From positions 1,178,001 to 1,242,000 of the forward strand of contig NC_027217.1 in the NCBI RefSeq assembly GCF_000981445.1: DNA of 64,000 nucleotides, written 5' to 3'. The first letter of the stretch is position 1. The number at the start of each line of letters is the position of its first letter. This DNA comes from Babesia bigemina. Lineage: Eukaryota. The notes beneath the pieces were generated by a model. That model did no database searches and was not told the origin of the DNA. It saw only the letters and a program-made list of their open reading frames with translations. Below are positions 1-12,535 of this stretch, piece after piece. A program made the position numbers and the translations under genes.

Positions 1-2563
1 CAACTTTACCCTTGTACATGGTGTAACTTGACACGAAGGGCAATTCTGTTACGTTCTGGTTGTTTTGCATTGGCAAGCAAAGCCCGGATGCCTCAAGTTC
101 GGGGACTATCTCATCCAGCACCTCTGGAGTAGTACACATAGCAAAAACTGACATTCCCAAGGATATCTCCCCATTAAAAAGTTCTGCCATGGTTAAACAG
201 TGGTCCCTTGTATCCACATACATCACAATATGATCGCAATAGCTCCGAACTAGGAAATAATCATGATCCCTAAACCTTTCCATGGGGTAATCTGGATTGA
301 GAAGCATAAGAGTGTCCATACGAATAGGTACACTTTTACAATGAGATGTTGCTTTGTCAGTTGCATAACTGTTGCTTGGTGTTGCTTGATTATCAGTGCC
401 CAGCACCTGAAGGATTAAGCCCTTTTGTATTGCAGCCCTAAAGACCTTAAAGAAAACGCGCGCTCCGCACGAGTGCACTATAATGTGAACATTTTTTATT
501 CCCATTCCCAACAATTCGCTTAAGAGTTCACAAAATGATTCCTCCAATCCAGGATGTTGCGTTATTCTTTTTGCCTTGTGGTAGGCAATAGCGCCAAGAG
601 GTCCCCAGTGCTGACCGTCCCAATTAAACACAAATGGTAAGACGTAAGGAGGTAGTTTTGAGAATGACACAAGGTGTGCCATCTGTGAGCATGCTTCATG
701 CAGACTCACATTGTAACCGTGAATGTATACCACTGCCTGATCTGCAATACATCCTTTTTTGCCAAACGTTCGAATAGGGGCCCACCCTTTAACCATGATT
801 TGTGGGGCGGTTGCATTAACCTGATCCTCCCAATCATCTTCGTCCAAAAACAAATGTGAAATGGCATCTTTGCCGTGAGCCGGATGTGATACGTTAAGCA
901 ATCCTCGATTTGCTCTCATTTTGAGATATCCGCCGGGTGTGTGTTCGCGGTTAATCTGGTCATCCTCAGTTGCATCATCTGAACAATTTTTGTTGTTTGA
1001 TAATTCATTAGCCTCCAAATTACTGTACATACGATGAGTGCTATTGTTGCCGTACTGTTGGTTTAACCTACTCAACATACCCATACCTCTATTAGCCGTA
1101 AGCTTTATTGTTATTTCATCACAAGTTTTGACTTCAGAAGTATCACATGTTCTCTTATACCCATCTAAACGCAAAGAGTTCGACAATTTGTCTATATAGA
1201 CGGTAATGGTTGACGTGTTTGTAGGCATATTGAGGAAAAATTGCGACCTCAACATTCTGACGCACCACTTGAACGATGCACCTTGGATATCAGCGAATCG
1301 GCCATTTAAAACGTTAAAGAATTTGCAATGCTTATACAAGCCGCCTGGGTTGTGATTATTTTTATCATTGTACAATGGGTTGAAAAAATACGTTAACGGA
1401 AATTCACGAAAGAAGTTCCCAGAGATTGAACACTCCGTTGATGAAACGCCATACCTTACTTTACCATTTGGCCGTCTTGTATCCGTAATAAATGCAACCC
1501 TTGTATTAACAAAAATGGATCCAGATCCTATTTCTTGTGAGCTAAACGGGCCGATTGGATAACCATGCCACCAATATCCTTGCAACCTCTCTCCATAACC
1601 GTCATCCTCTAGCCATTCTCCATAACCGTGTGGCTGCTCGTTCTCATCTACTTCACCTCTGTATCTCATTTGGTGCGAAAAAGGTGTATCACCCTTGGTA
1701 ATGCCATCGGTTGCGAATATTTTCTTGAGCAGCCACCGTAACCAACGGTAAGACACCCTATAAATACAAGTACACAGCCCACAACCATTAGATCCGCACA
1801 TCACTGAGTAGTCATTGTACCTGGAAATAGTTATATTGAGGTTTCCCCCCCTTCGCATCCTTTCGAAAAGGTGAAAATGCTCCGTGCATGGGAAAAACAG
1901 CCCATTTAGGGCTAAAAGAGGGCCCAACCATATAACTATTCTGGTGCCTACAATTATTGCAATTTGAAGTATTGTATATACAAGAAGAGAGAGCCAAACA
2001 AAATCCCCAAGATTGATTACGTGCTTTGATACTATCATGATGATAAGAGTAGCAAACATAAAGAGATAAGAAATAGCTATGGGCCACTTGAAAGGTATAG
2101 AAAGCTGTATCCTTGCCAACAGAAAGGAAGCGAGAACAAACAGCGAAGAAGATGTATACGGCATTATTCCGTGCTTAATTTCTAGACCCATCACATACTT
2201 ACCCTCTTCCTGCTTGAAATAACCAAAAGGAACCAAAACCAAACAAACACAAAATAGTGATATGAACAATACCTTTTTGTAAGACAGCGGCTGTCTAATG
2301 CCATTGAAACGTCGCCTCAATCTTCTATAGTCCATGAACAAGATCGTTTCTTGTATCATCAAATCCTTAAGTTGCCGTACACTTCGTCGCTTCTTTTGTT
2401 GGTCGATGGACCGCGCTGAAGGTGCATCTGCCACATCGTCACACGTAATTATGGGTACCTGGGCATCTTGCTCCAAGGTTTCATTTCCACCTAAGCTAGC
2501 TTCACCTGGAACTTCGCTTTCCGAAGCATTCGTGGCACGTGAATCCTCAACGTATTGCTCCAT
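1..2563 (-). CDS. Conserved apicomplexan membrane protein with MORN-like segment and C-terminal alpha/beta-hydrolase (DUF900-like) domain; multi-exon, runs off the window start
   Basis: Minus-strand translation gives GEVDENEQPHGYGEWLEDDGYGERLQGYWWHGYPIGPF (MORN-like), VVYIHGYNVSL and HIIVHSCG (hydrolase-like), and hydrophobic segments at ~1850-2160. Candidate ATG at 2563 (MEQYVE). Confidence 0.65.
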   Translation of the reverse strand, partial: MEQYVEDSRATNASESEVPGEASLGGNETLEQDAQVPIITCDDVADAPSARSIDQQKKRRSVRQLKDLMIQETILFMDYRRLRRRFNGIRQPLSYKKVLFISLFCVCLVLVPFGYFKQEEGKYVMGLEIKHGIMPYTSSSLFVLASFLLARIQLSIPFKWPIAISYLFMFATLIIMIVSKHVINLGDFVWLSLLVYTILQIAIIVGTRIVIWLGPLLALNGLFFPCTEHFHLFERMRRGGNLNITISRYNDYSVMCGSNGCGLCTCIYRVSYRWLRWLLKKIFATDGITKGDTPFSHQMRYRGEVDENEQPHGYGEWLEDDGYGERLQGYWWHGYPIGPFSSQEIGSGSIFVNTRVAFITDTRRPNGKVRYGVSSTECSISGNFFREFPLTYFFNPLYNDKNNHNPGGLYKHCKFFNVLNGRFADIQGASFKWCVRMLRSQFFLNMPTNTSTITVYIDKLSNSLRLDGYKRTCDTSEVKTCDEITIKLTANRGMGMLSRLNQQYGNNSTHRMYSNLEANELSNNKNCSDDATEDDQINREHTPGGYLKMRANRGLLNVSHPAHGKDAISHLFLDEDDWEDQVNATAPQIMVKGWAPIRTFGKKGCIADQAVVYIHGYNVSLHEACSQMAHLVSFSKLPPYVLPFVFNWDGQHWGPLGAIAYHKAKRITQHPGLEESFCELLSELLGMGIKNVHIIVHSCGARVFFKVFRAAIQKGLILQVLGTDNQATPSNSYATDKATSHCKSVPIRMDTLMLLNPDYPMERFRDHDYFLVRSYCDHIVMYVDTRDHCLTMAELFNGEISLGMSVFAMCTTPEVLDEIVPELEASGLCLPMQNNQNVTELPFVSSYTMYKGKV

Positions 2564-3353
2564 TCCCCAAAATTATATAAACGTAATTATGTGGTACTAA
2601 AAATAGGTGTAAATTGGTGAAATTGTTCTCTGCTTTACGGATTCCCTCCAAAATAGCCTATCCCAATGCGTTACAAGAGTACGACCTATATCCTTAGTGT
2701 AAAACCAGCCGACTGTGATCCTGAGCCTTACGAAAGCGTATTCAGCGAATCAACAAATAGTTTAGCTCCCGGTACCTCGCCGGGTGTATTTCAACACCGC
2801 ATAACCAGAGTTTTTACAATGCTTTCCCCGCAACTAACTTACAAAAGGCAGCAAAAACTCAAGTTTTGAGTATTACTGGAACTCCTGGTGCGTAATAGAC
2901 AAGAATAGATGAACGATTGACCCCGCCTGCGAATACTCACACGGTAACTATAGCAAGCGTCACAAGGTGCAATATAAACATAGTCGTCACATTAATACAA
3001 GATCTTGTATGTGCCTAATCATATTACATCGGACCACGATATGTCCGTAAATTGAACTGCACCTATGAACCCTTAGTCACTAATTAAAAGCGCTCATAGT
3101 CGGATACCATAGGAAAATCATAACACAGCAACACTACTCACCTCATACGGGCATATAGAGAAAGAATAATTGGCCAGGGCGTTAGTTAATGTGTGATGTT
3201 TTATAGGATTATAGATGGGTGTGTGTCATGGCACACTCCAGAAAACGCTCCATTACACACACGATACAACTCCAGACAGTGTGCACCTACACGAATAATA
3301 TTATCATTGTGCGTGCCTATTACATTTAGTTTGGTTTGTGGGTATTTGTGTTT

Positions 3354-4626
3354 CTATTGTGATGGTGTGTGCTGGATAAGATAGTGGATCGCAGTACAGA
3401 ACGCCGATATGGATGCCGCCACAGCAATAACCACTATCTTTAAAATTGTCGTTGCGATGTTCATGCTATTTGGATTCAGCAATGTGATGATGGCCATGTA
3501 TCTCAATGTCTTGTCTCGAACGTTCGATTTTACCAGGTCGTTCAGCATATACGCTGTGTTGCAACTGCACAATTCCGCAATGTAGAATGTTTCGATTTGG
3601 TCCACCGATATGTGCGCGTTATTAATCATGAAATTCGCCAGGTTATTTGCCAAAGCGTTGAATTCTATTTTGGCGGTATTTTTGATGAGCTCCTTGTGGC
3701 CGTACACGATATCCATGATATTGTGATCGGCTGGCGGGGTGTCTTTTAGCAAATCGTCAAATGTGCCTTTCGGTATAATGAAAAATGGTAGTAAAGGAAC
3801 GTCCTTATTTGTCCTGCCGAAATGTTTCGAATTGTAAGTCGTCAGTTTTTTCTTTACCAAATCTGCATTTCGATATCTTAAGGTCATCGAAACCACAGTT
3901 TTTTGCAGTCTAGCCACATTTAAACCTGATCTCACACTCCACAATGCGTTCCATGAATTTTATTTTGGCCTTTCCTTTTATCGCTTTTCTGAATCCTTCA
4001 GACAAGAAGAGGAAAATGGAAGCAAGTTCAAAATCCTTGTAACCGTAGAGTTTTGCTGCCATGTGTTCATATTGTGTACTGTGAGCTGATCTTCCTGATA
4101 TTCGTATATATGACGGAAACATGGTTTTGGCTGCCCTACGGAATATGCCATTCCAAACACGATTATTGCCGTAGTCTTCATGTCCCAGCGAGTGGTACGT
4201 TGAAAGGTCTATTCGATAATGGCTGCGTATACATTTGGAGTGTTCTTGATTGCGATCTCCTTTTACGTCACACTGAGTGTGTTCGTCCTTTGCAATTTCG
4301 TTTAGTAAAGTGACATTTGGCCCCAACGAAGGCAGTGACGCAATCCACCAGACATCCCGCATACGTCGATTGTCTGTAATAATAACATCGTCACCTCTTT
4401 CACTGGGCTTTTCTGTAAAGCGATTGAATGGACATCTCCGAATAGAATATTCCTCTAGTTGTTTCACGCTTTCGTAGTTAGAACTTCCTACCGTTTCATT
4501 TTCTATGCTCAAGACATTCTCTAAGCATTGCTCAGAAGCACTGCATTTAACGAAATCGTGTTTCAATGACAAAAATGGTATGATGATGGCATAACAGAAT
4601 AGTTTTACACATCTCGCACAGTCCAT
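3354..4626 (-). CDS. Hypothetical secreted/membrane protein with N-terminal signal-like and C-terminal hydrophobic segments; two ORFs probably joined
   Basis: ORFs 3910-4644 and 3354-3944 overlap in different frames. A 28-nt GT..AG intron (gtgtgagatc...ggctag) restores the frame, or there is a frameshift. N-term LFCYAIIIPFLSL, C-term ILKIVVIAVAASISAF. Confidence 0.5.
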
Positions 4627-4880
4627 GTGGTTCAGTATTCTCAACTCTTATCAATGCATTTAAAAGTTAGTAGAAACCTCGCGTGTACAAGCTATTGTGT
4701 GTATATCGCTACGTTTACAAGATATGTCGGTCATAGCATATGTAAACTGTACACATCATGCCCACCCGACCAATGATCAACACGTCCCTCTCGAACTCGA
4801 CCATTTTGTCCGATAACGGTTCTTTGCTTATATAGTGGGTTGTGTTTGTATGGTAAAGGCTACGTGTGCGATAATGTATG

Positions 4881-6922
4881 CTATTCGGGTCTGGGCATGA
4901 TGATGTTTCCGAGGTTATCTCGCGGAGCTTCCTCGTACGCAGCCTTTACATTTTGCCGTAGTATCTGACCTATTTCTTCCACACATACATTGGATTTTTT
5001 ACTCTTCAGCAACTGGGCGCCATACAATAGAAATGCGGTGTACATTTCAATTGCCTTTTTGAGCCTGTGTGCGTTGTTAGCATCACGCCTATTCTGGAAA
5101 TGATGTCTGAAGCGTCTAACCCATCGTTGCCGTTCGACATACCATTTCATTCGGTACATTTCTGATTTTCTCTCAGTTAAATACTTATTGGTATCAATCC
5201 TGCTTTCAGGACACTCCACTGTTGATAGTATATTCCTTACGAAGGTCGTCTGTGCTGGATTGCCATATGTGACTGTGACGATGGTGTCACCTATATCATC
5301 TCCATCATTACAGTATTGGTTGTTTACAAAGGATTGTTGATGCGTCGGTTCCTTTGGAAGGGCATCGGATTCCTGATTCGCCTTCATAATATTGGATACA
5401 TCAACACCCTTCCTTCCGTAAAATACATTCATTTCGTTCAACAATTTTTCGTGATTACGTTTCAGCTTTATTGTCCTAGCGACCCCTTCGTCGTGAATGT
5501 CGAAAAACATATCCTTGCTCAGACGCAAAATCGATTTGCAGGGTGCCTGCCACTGTCTGATACGTTCCACAAATTCAGGAGTGTCATCGTACGATAATCT
5601 CCTACCTAAAACCACTGCATCATATCCCATGAGAGCAAGCTCATGTACCTGGGCGAAATTAATGATGCCTCCTGCCGCGATTAGTGTGGCCTCGTCACCG
5701 ATAATGTTTTTTATCTCCAACGCTCTGGTAGGCCTTAGAAAATTGTGCACTCTATCCCACTGATTTACCAGAAGGTTATTGGCGCCAAATTCTAGCGCCA
5801 GCATCGCTTCTTCTTTCGTGTGGATTTCAACAATTGGCTCAATACCCATATTAAGGCATGCGATGATCATTTCTTTCAGTGTGTTCCCCAAAACTGACGC
5901 ATTCAACAAAACGCCATCCGCCCGATATTCCGCAGCCTGTGCTATCTGTATAGGATGTATCACAATGTCTTTCATTACTATAGCTGGTCTGATCCTGCGC
6001 CCTAATTTTCTGAGCTCCAGAAAACATGCGTGAAGTTCCGAAATGTGCCCGCCATAAACGGTTTCGTCAGTGTTGACGAATATGACGTCAAACCCTGGTA
6101 ACGTATATGTTGAGGCGATAAACGGATATAATATAAGTTAAACACGTTAATGAACAATCACCCATCACTTCACATTAAATCTGTGGAGCCCATTCTACTT
6201 TTTTTATTAATAACTGGTGCCCAGCTTCATACGATTCAAATCTGGTTTTAATATTTCAAATAAGGCATGCAAATGATGGTTAAATTGTATGATGAGGCAT
6301 CTTGTGATCACAATGTTGAACGTTAAAATAGATTTGCTGCAATGGCAATTTGTACATTACATACCTACTGATGCCATGCTCTTGGCTACATCGGAAGCAT
6401 CTAAGAATGATAATACAGAGTTATCTAGCGTATGATGTTGCGTTGGTGTACGGCGCTTCATGTCAGCTATGACTGACAAACCATGCCCTTGCTCCGTGCT
6501 ATGCCTCCTGAGCATTTCCCCAAGCTTGTGGTTGGCAGTGCATTCTACAAATTTCAGTCGAAGCTGTGCAATATTTGGTATGAAACGATGAGTTGTTTGC
6601 AATTCAGCAGAGGATATTAAATAAACAAACGAGTCTTACAGCTTACCTGTAATGGATCGTTGGGGTCCTTGTGGTCATCTAGGAGTCGCTCCACTTGCGC
6701 ATGTTTGTCAGCAATTATCTTGTAAAAACGCTCTTCTGCCTTGTAACGCAGACTCTCATCACCAGCGGCCCGTAACGAACCATTGAATCTGCTTTTGGGG
6801 GAACTAGTAAAACCATAACCATATAAATGAGAGCGGCAAGTAGAAAATCTGCTACTTCCATGACAATATGCGTGAATCAAGAGTGATTGCGCTATCACAA
6901 TCAAGCGGTATGTTATCGACAT
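4881..6922 (-). CDS. Indole-3-glycerol-phosphate synthase (TrpC/IGPS)-like TIM-barrel protein with signal+transit-like leader and long C-terminal extension; 3 exons
   Basis: SVIADMKRRTP, MKDIVIHPIQIAQAAEYRADGVLL, IVEIHTKEE and LLVN match IGPS motifs. Introns near 6612-6647 and ~6095-6364. Hydrophobic N-terminus followed by an R/S/K-rich stretch. Confidence 0.8.
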
Positions 6923-7287
6923 TCACACTCCTCTTGGGTTATCGTACTTATGCTAAATTTCCTTTGTGCGCGGAGCCAACTTGACATTGTTGTTGCTCAA
7001 GTTTATGGGTACTGCATTGTGCTTATATCCAGAATTTTCACAAGTAAAATTCTCCTTCCATTTGGTCATATTTCGCTAATGATACGGCATTTATCAGGTG
7101 TTGCTGTAGCTATATGTGTGCAGCCTTCCTTCGATATCGAAAGACCACGGGTGTTTAAAAATGACCAACACACTTATCATGTTTCCTATGTATGACTAAT
7201 CATATGTGTTGATAATATTAGTAGACAAACGTCTTTGCACGATGCAAATGAACTTCCAGTAGCGGATAGTGTCCAATTCTGAAACAA

Positions 7288-9504
7288 ATGATGGATACTT
7301 TGACCCCCTTTACAGCAACGTACCGCTTGAGACGTCTGCTTACCAGTTGTTCAGGGGGAACGCGCTGCGGTTGTGTTCTCCAAGGTAGAGTTGGATCTCC
7401 CTCATCTGGCGTGCCGGAGACCTCAAGGGATTCAGAGATACTTGTAACTGGAGGCAATGAAGGGCACATTGGCATTTGGATACTTTCAGATGATGGTAAT
7501 GTTGACTTAGTCAACGAATTCATTGGTCACGATGGGATTGTTATGGATTTGATTGGTAGCTGTGTGGTGGATTCCCGCATCGAGAGCGAGGATTCTCCGC
7601 ATGAGGGTGCGGGAAAGACCGTGTCAGGTATTTCATTGTCATTCTACACATGTGGAAGAGATCGGATGATCCATAGATTCGATTTATCAGGTCGCAAACT
7701 TATGACTTTCAAGGTAGGTTTAGTGTAGCTATAGCGTTGCGTGAAATAACGCGCCGTTGGTTAATTCGATTGCATTTCTATACAGGGACACGAAGATGTG
7801 GTCTGCAGCATGCAAGAGTTTTCGAATGGGAGAGATCTCGTAAGTGGCAGCTGGGATGGCACTGCAATAGTTTGGGATGCTTTGACGGGAGCAATTAAGT
7901 ATCGCCTTGGTGGAAACCCATACAAGTATTCCGTATACTGCAACACGAAATCAGATGGCACCATACTCACTGGGATGACTAACGGTGACGTGTGTTGTTG
8001 GGAAAACGGGAGACTTGGCAAGGCGCAGAGGGTTCATGATGGAGTCGTTCGTGCAATAAGTGTTAAGGACAACACTATCCTGACATGCTCAAACGACTGC
8101 AGCGTTCGGAAATACTCCGATGATATGGATCTAATTTACACAATACCAGCTGCTCATCAAAATTTTGTGTACGGTATGTGTAGGGCATCCACTTTGCACT
8201 AATTGGATCAGACGTACGGCACTCAAACAATTTCCCAATATTTTTTACTTCTTCGGAGGACAAACAAGTGGGCATATGGGATCTAAGCAACGGCATCCTG
8301 CTACATCTGTTATCATTCGAATCATCAATATGGAAGGTGGGTTATTGTTTACAACCGACGCATCTGCAGGTGGTTGAAACGCAACGCCAAGGTATTATTA
8401 TTATCCCTCTGAATGGCAGCATTTCCCTCTGGCAGCTCGCACAGGACTCAACCACTGTTCTGAATGCACCACAGGTAAAAGTTGTTGAGGGTCCAACCTT
8501 GAACGTTGCCCGTAAAGCAATAGTCACGGGAGGATCATTCGAAATGATTATGTTTAGGCAAGCAAACGGTGTGAAGGCCTTGGAACGTTTAACTGTCTTC
8601 AACAGAAGTAAATCATCAGCCGTAGGTTTACATGGCAACCCTGAACATTGCTATTGCAGATTTGTCTTTCAGAAAGCGATTTTAAGACTATTAATGTAGT
8701 TTTGAATGCTGGCAACGTGCCCTACAGGTATGAGCATTTTATGGTAATTATGAGGCGTACCTTATTTTCATATATTGGGCGTGCCTGTTATCCCGTGAAT
8801 GCACCCACGGCACGATACTGGTGCTTGGATTTCATTCCAGATCTGTGCGACGGGATCAAATCATTCGCAGCGATTTTTCGTTTGTTTACAAGATGATACA
8901 ATGGCCACTCTTAGAACGCGTCCCAGTATTTGATTTTTTGAAGGTCTTAACTGCAAGTACGTCTTGTGATAGGTTGTTCAACGGTCGCAACTCTGGTTTT
9001 ACCATATACTCTTGCTTGTGTTCCAGCATAGACGAGGGGGGAAACAGCATACCGCTGCTCACCGTGGCACTTCAGGTTATGGCAAACCTTTTTCACCTAA
9101 CTGTGCCTAGAACGATATTACTGAATCACATCGACACCACTCTAAGAGCAATTTATCATGGGAGCAAGTATCGAATCAAGATGGTACAGCAAGCGCATTC
9201 CGCATGTATACAAAATCTCATTATCGCATCCGGAGAACGCCTACGCAAGTGGTCACAAAAAATAGTTGGATTTGTGCATTGCGCGATGTCGGCATTGTGC
9301 GGTTTAGGCACAGATGAATCATGGGTTGGAGGGGTAACACTTCGTTATTGCTGTTCCTTGGAGACACTCATCTCCCTTGACGTAACAGCGGTTGGGTATG
9401 TAAGAGAGTCGGGGGTTCTAAAATGTATTCGTGATGCAGTTCCTCCCCTTGTAAACCACTCTGTGGATGTTGCGCTTGCGCGCCTGAGCCAAGTGGTGAA
9501 TTAA
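7288..9504 (+). CDS. WD40-repeat + PUL-domain protein (Doa1/Ufd3/PLAA-like), multi-exon
   Basis: WD repeats (GHEDVVCS...LVSGSWDGTAIVWD; ILTCSNDCSVRKY; HQNFVY) followed by PUL-like IQWPLLERVPVFDFLKVL and ALQVMANLF. Confidence 0.8.
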
Positions 9505-9587
9505 TTGTTGGATCGCACAGGGATTGTGAATACGATTTGATCACTCGAATCCGCACTGCGCCAGATAAAATGGAAGCGTTCTACAAC

Positions 9588-10397
9588 TCACTGGTCATCT
9601 AAATGGGCCAGATTAAGTGTAAATGCAACTGCATTCGCATGCAGAGCTATCAGAGGCAATCGCGCTACCACATTGTACTCTCCTGTAGTCGGTATTCTTT
9701 TATCACACATTTTGGCTCCCTGTAGGTGTACTAATCCGACGATATGGCATGGTAAGAGGTCTATTTGATGCCTTTTAGAAAAAACGTCGAGTATTCTATA
9801 CAGAGACAAAGGGGCACGCGCCCTTTTTCGATCCTTGGACAGCGTGTTAATTTTAAAAGTTAACACCTGATTGGCCATGCGATCTGAATCAGTAGATAAG
9901 TCTTCGGGTGTCCCGTTTCCTGCAGTTATATTAACCGTGTAGACAATTTTCGTTAAAGCTACATAATGGTATTACCCGGTACCAGACGCAGAACGCGGCG
10001 TCGCAGTCTAACATGCCGTCAAACCATATACTCCGTTGTTTTATTAGACACTGATTAAATCGTAGACCAATTCGGGATAAGCCGTTGCTAATGAAGTGTA
10101 TTCATCCTTACCTGTTTCACAGTTGATACAAAAATCTTTTGCTTTAGCGAATATATCTACATTTTGCCAGTTAGCATATGCTGCCCTCCCTTGTGGTATC
10201 ATGTGATAATTTGCAAGGCCACGTGGTATGGACAATATTGCCCCTTTTCGTCCAAGCGAAGGTGAGTCACAAAGAAGTATAACAGTCACTAGCTTGTCCG
10301 TAACCCTAGGGTATAATACGCGTCTCTCTACAGTGAATTTGTCGGGAGCAATTTTAAAGCGTTTGAAAACTGTTATGTATTTGCAGAAGTCGCCCAT
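9588..10397 (-). CDS. rpl9: Organellar (probably apicoplast) ribosomal protein L9; 5' end uncertain
   Basis: VILLCDSPSLGRKGAILSIPRGLANYHMIPQGRA matches the bL9 N-terminal motif. IPTTGEYNVVARL matches the bL9 C-terminal domain. Confidence 0.7.
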
Positions 10398-11176
10398 CTG
10401 TATGTGATATTAAAAGTTTGTGTGTGTGCCCCCAATAATGGGAGAGTTACTGTTTATGTGGAAACGACTAACGGGCGATGGTAGGCCCTTTCAGCTGGCA
10501 ATATTATAAGTTATGAATCCGTGAGCAGTGTATCTTATTTCGATGGATTTGCACGCGGTGTGTGTCGCACACTGCTTTTTGTTTTTGCTGTCTTTGTGGA
10601 CACCGGCTTCAATTGCCTTAAGGAACATCGCAAATGTTAGTTACTACTATGATATATCTTTATTCGACGTTTACATGGGATTTTAGGTCACCAGCTCTCC
10701 CTTCGGTCGTGTATTAAACGGTGTTTTTTCCAGTAATCCGGAGGCCCCTATCCCAAGTAAAGCAATCCCTTCTAATAGCTTGGTAAGCGAGATAGGATAT
10801 TTGGGGCATCAGCCTACCACGTAATATGCGCGCCTCACTAAGGTCATAAAATTGCAGACGATTGAGATTCTTCCATCTGACGAAGAAGACGGTGACGGAT
10901 TGTTGAACTTTTCCACCATGAATGACGTCTATGAATTCAGCAAGAACGAGGGAGGTGCCTTTATCAACTGAAGTTATCACGTTTGCACGACAAGAAGTTC
11001 TTGCATGTTGTTTATGTCAATATTATTCTGTGTACAATAGTTTCCGTGCGGCACTACTGTGTTGAAGTGTTGCAATTTGTGTGAATTCGGCAAACAGCCA
11101 CAGATCTTAAAATCCGGTTGCTTAACCTCCTCCGCTTCGTATATTTTGCTTTGGGAAACAGCTTAAGTGCACTGCA

Positions 11177-12226
11177 ATGGTTTCGAGAGAATACTCCTGT
11201 CTTTTCGCACGCAACAGCGACAAGAAGAACAAGACATGGAGGGACGGTGTCATATCTGTACACGCTACACATAGATTTGCGCGTGTGGCGTTGTACGAAA
11301 TCAATGGTCATAATGATACCGTTGATTCTCCCATTGACGCGTTTGACTTGTTTCATCGTGACTATGACAACTTGACAGGCGAGATCATCACATCTCCTAG
11401 GTTTATTATTAAGATATCGGGTGTCGACACAAATTTTAGACGGAAAACTGGGGCTCGAAATCCACCTGCATTGGAGGGAGTGGGGTCGCTTATACCTGCG
11501 AAACGCATATCTCGTGCCCCGGTACTGGGTACTTGTCGCGCATTCAAGAAGTATTGCGCGCAGCAGGATACTAAAGCTAAGTCTCTTCAGACCCTACCTG
11601 TAGCGCTGAGAAGCTGCCACCGTGGTTCTGATGATCTACACAATATTGCGAACACGGGCAGATGTACAGAAATCACAACGATTACGAGTAGAAATGCGTA
11701 TCGTGCCGCAAATCAAAGCGCTATGGGTGTCACGTTTACTCATTCTAGTTCAGAAGCTGTGCACGAGTCGTTGTCCCCTTATTCATCTAAAAAAATTGCA
11801 GACACCATGCCTCTATCCCTATCGCTTCAAGATGCGGAAACTAAGACGCCACCGTCGCATGTGACATCGCCTAAGCCGACGTCGGCAAGAACTTTTTCCG
11901 TAAAAAAGCCACGCATCCCCCTCAACCTTCCCACCATTAAGGCGCTGAAAGTCAAATGTGCAGCCGAGAAACAATTGTGCAGAGCGGGTGCCGATTTCGA
12001 GAACGGATCACCAACAGAGGGCTGTTACGATTTTCAGAATGTTCCGTCGCGGGAACGTGTGGTAGTTAGTCTCGGTGACGAGATGATGGTTAGCCTTTTG
12101 CAAACAGCAGACGAGGCGCTGGGCCCTCATAAGAATTTTGACGAAGTGCCCATCGTGGATGCCGAACTCATTGGCTGCATAGAGTCCGCATTAGACCACT
12201 TGGGGAACTTGCAGACAGGATTGTAG
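11177..12226 (+). CDS. DUF2439 (ZGRF1/Mte1 N-terminal-like) domain protein with disordered tail
   Basis: N-terminal EYSCLFARNSDKKNKTWRDGVI resembles the DUF2439 motif Y..LY....KK.K.W.DG; 349-aa ORF. Confidence 0.65.
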   Translation: MVSREYSCLFARNSDKKNKTWRDGVISVHATHRFARVALYEINGHNDTVDSPIDAFDLFHRDYDNLTGEIITSPRFIIKISGVDTNFRRKTGARNPPALEGVGSLIPAKRISRAPVLGTCRAFKKYCAQQDTKAKSLQTLPVALRSCHRGSDDLHNIANTGRCTEITTITSRNAYRAANQSAMGVTFTHSSSEAVHESLSPYSSKKIADTMPLSLSLQDAETKTPPSHVTSPKPTSARTFSVKKPRIPLNLPTIKALKVKCAAEKQLCRAGADFENGSPTEGCYDFQNVPSRERVVVSLGDEMMVSLLQTADEALGPHKNFDEVPIVDAELIGCIESALDHLGNLQTGL

Positions 12227-12535
12227 CGTAATGACAATGTATTGCTTTCTATCCGGGTTTCAAGATTCTCCTTGCTGTGTAGAAACTGTCAATGAACTTT
12301 TAGAACATCATGAATGATATTGCGCGCCTAAATGATGGTCTTTCTATAAGCCCCAGTGCGGCCACGCATCCCGTGCTAAACATTTGGACAAATGTGATGC
12401 GCCTCTACTAAACCGTGCATCAATTACGCTGCAATATTAATAATAATTTGTAGATCCGAACCTAACTGATGAGCTAGTAGATGTGTGGCTAGTGTAAAAC
12501 GTTTTTCATGCGGTTATTCCAGTGCATATATACCA

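Noticed and set aside
6095..6375. C/D snoRNA in the long IGPS intron (ATGATGA ... CTGA)
   Set aside because: The boxes are antisense to the host gene, the D box falls in the exon, and there is no terminal stem.
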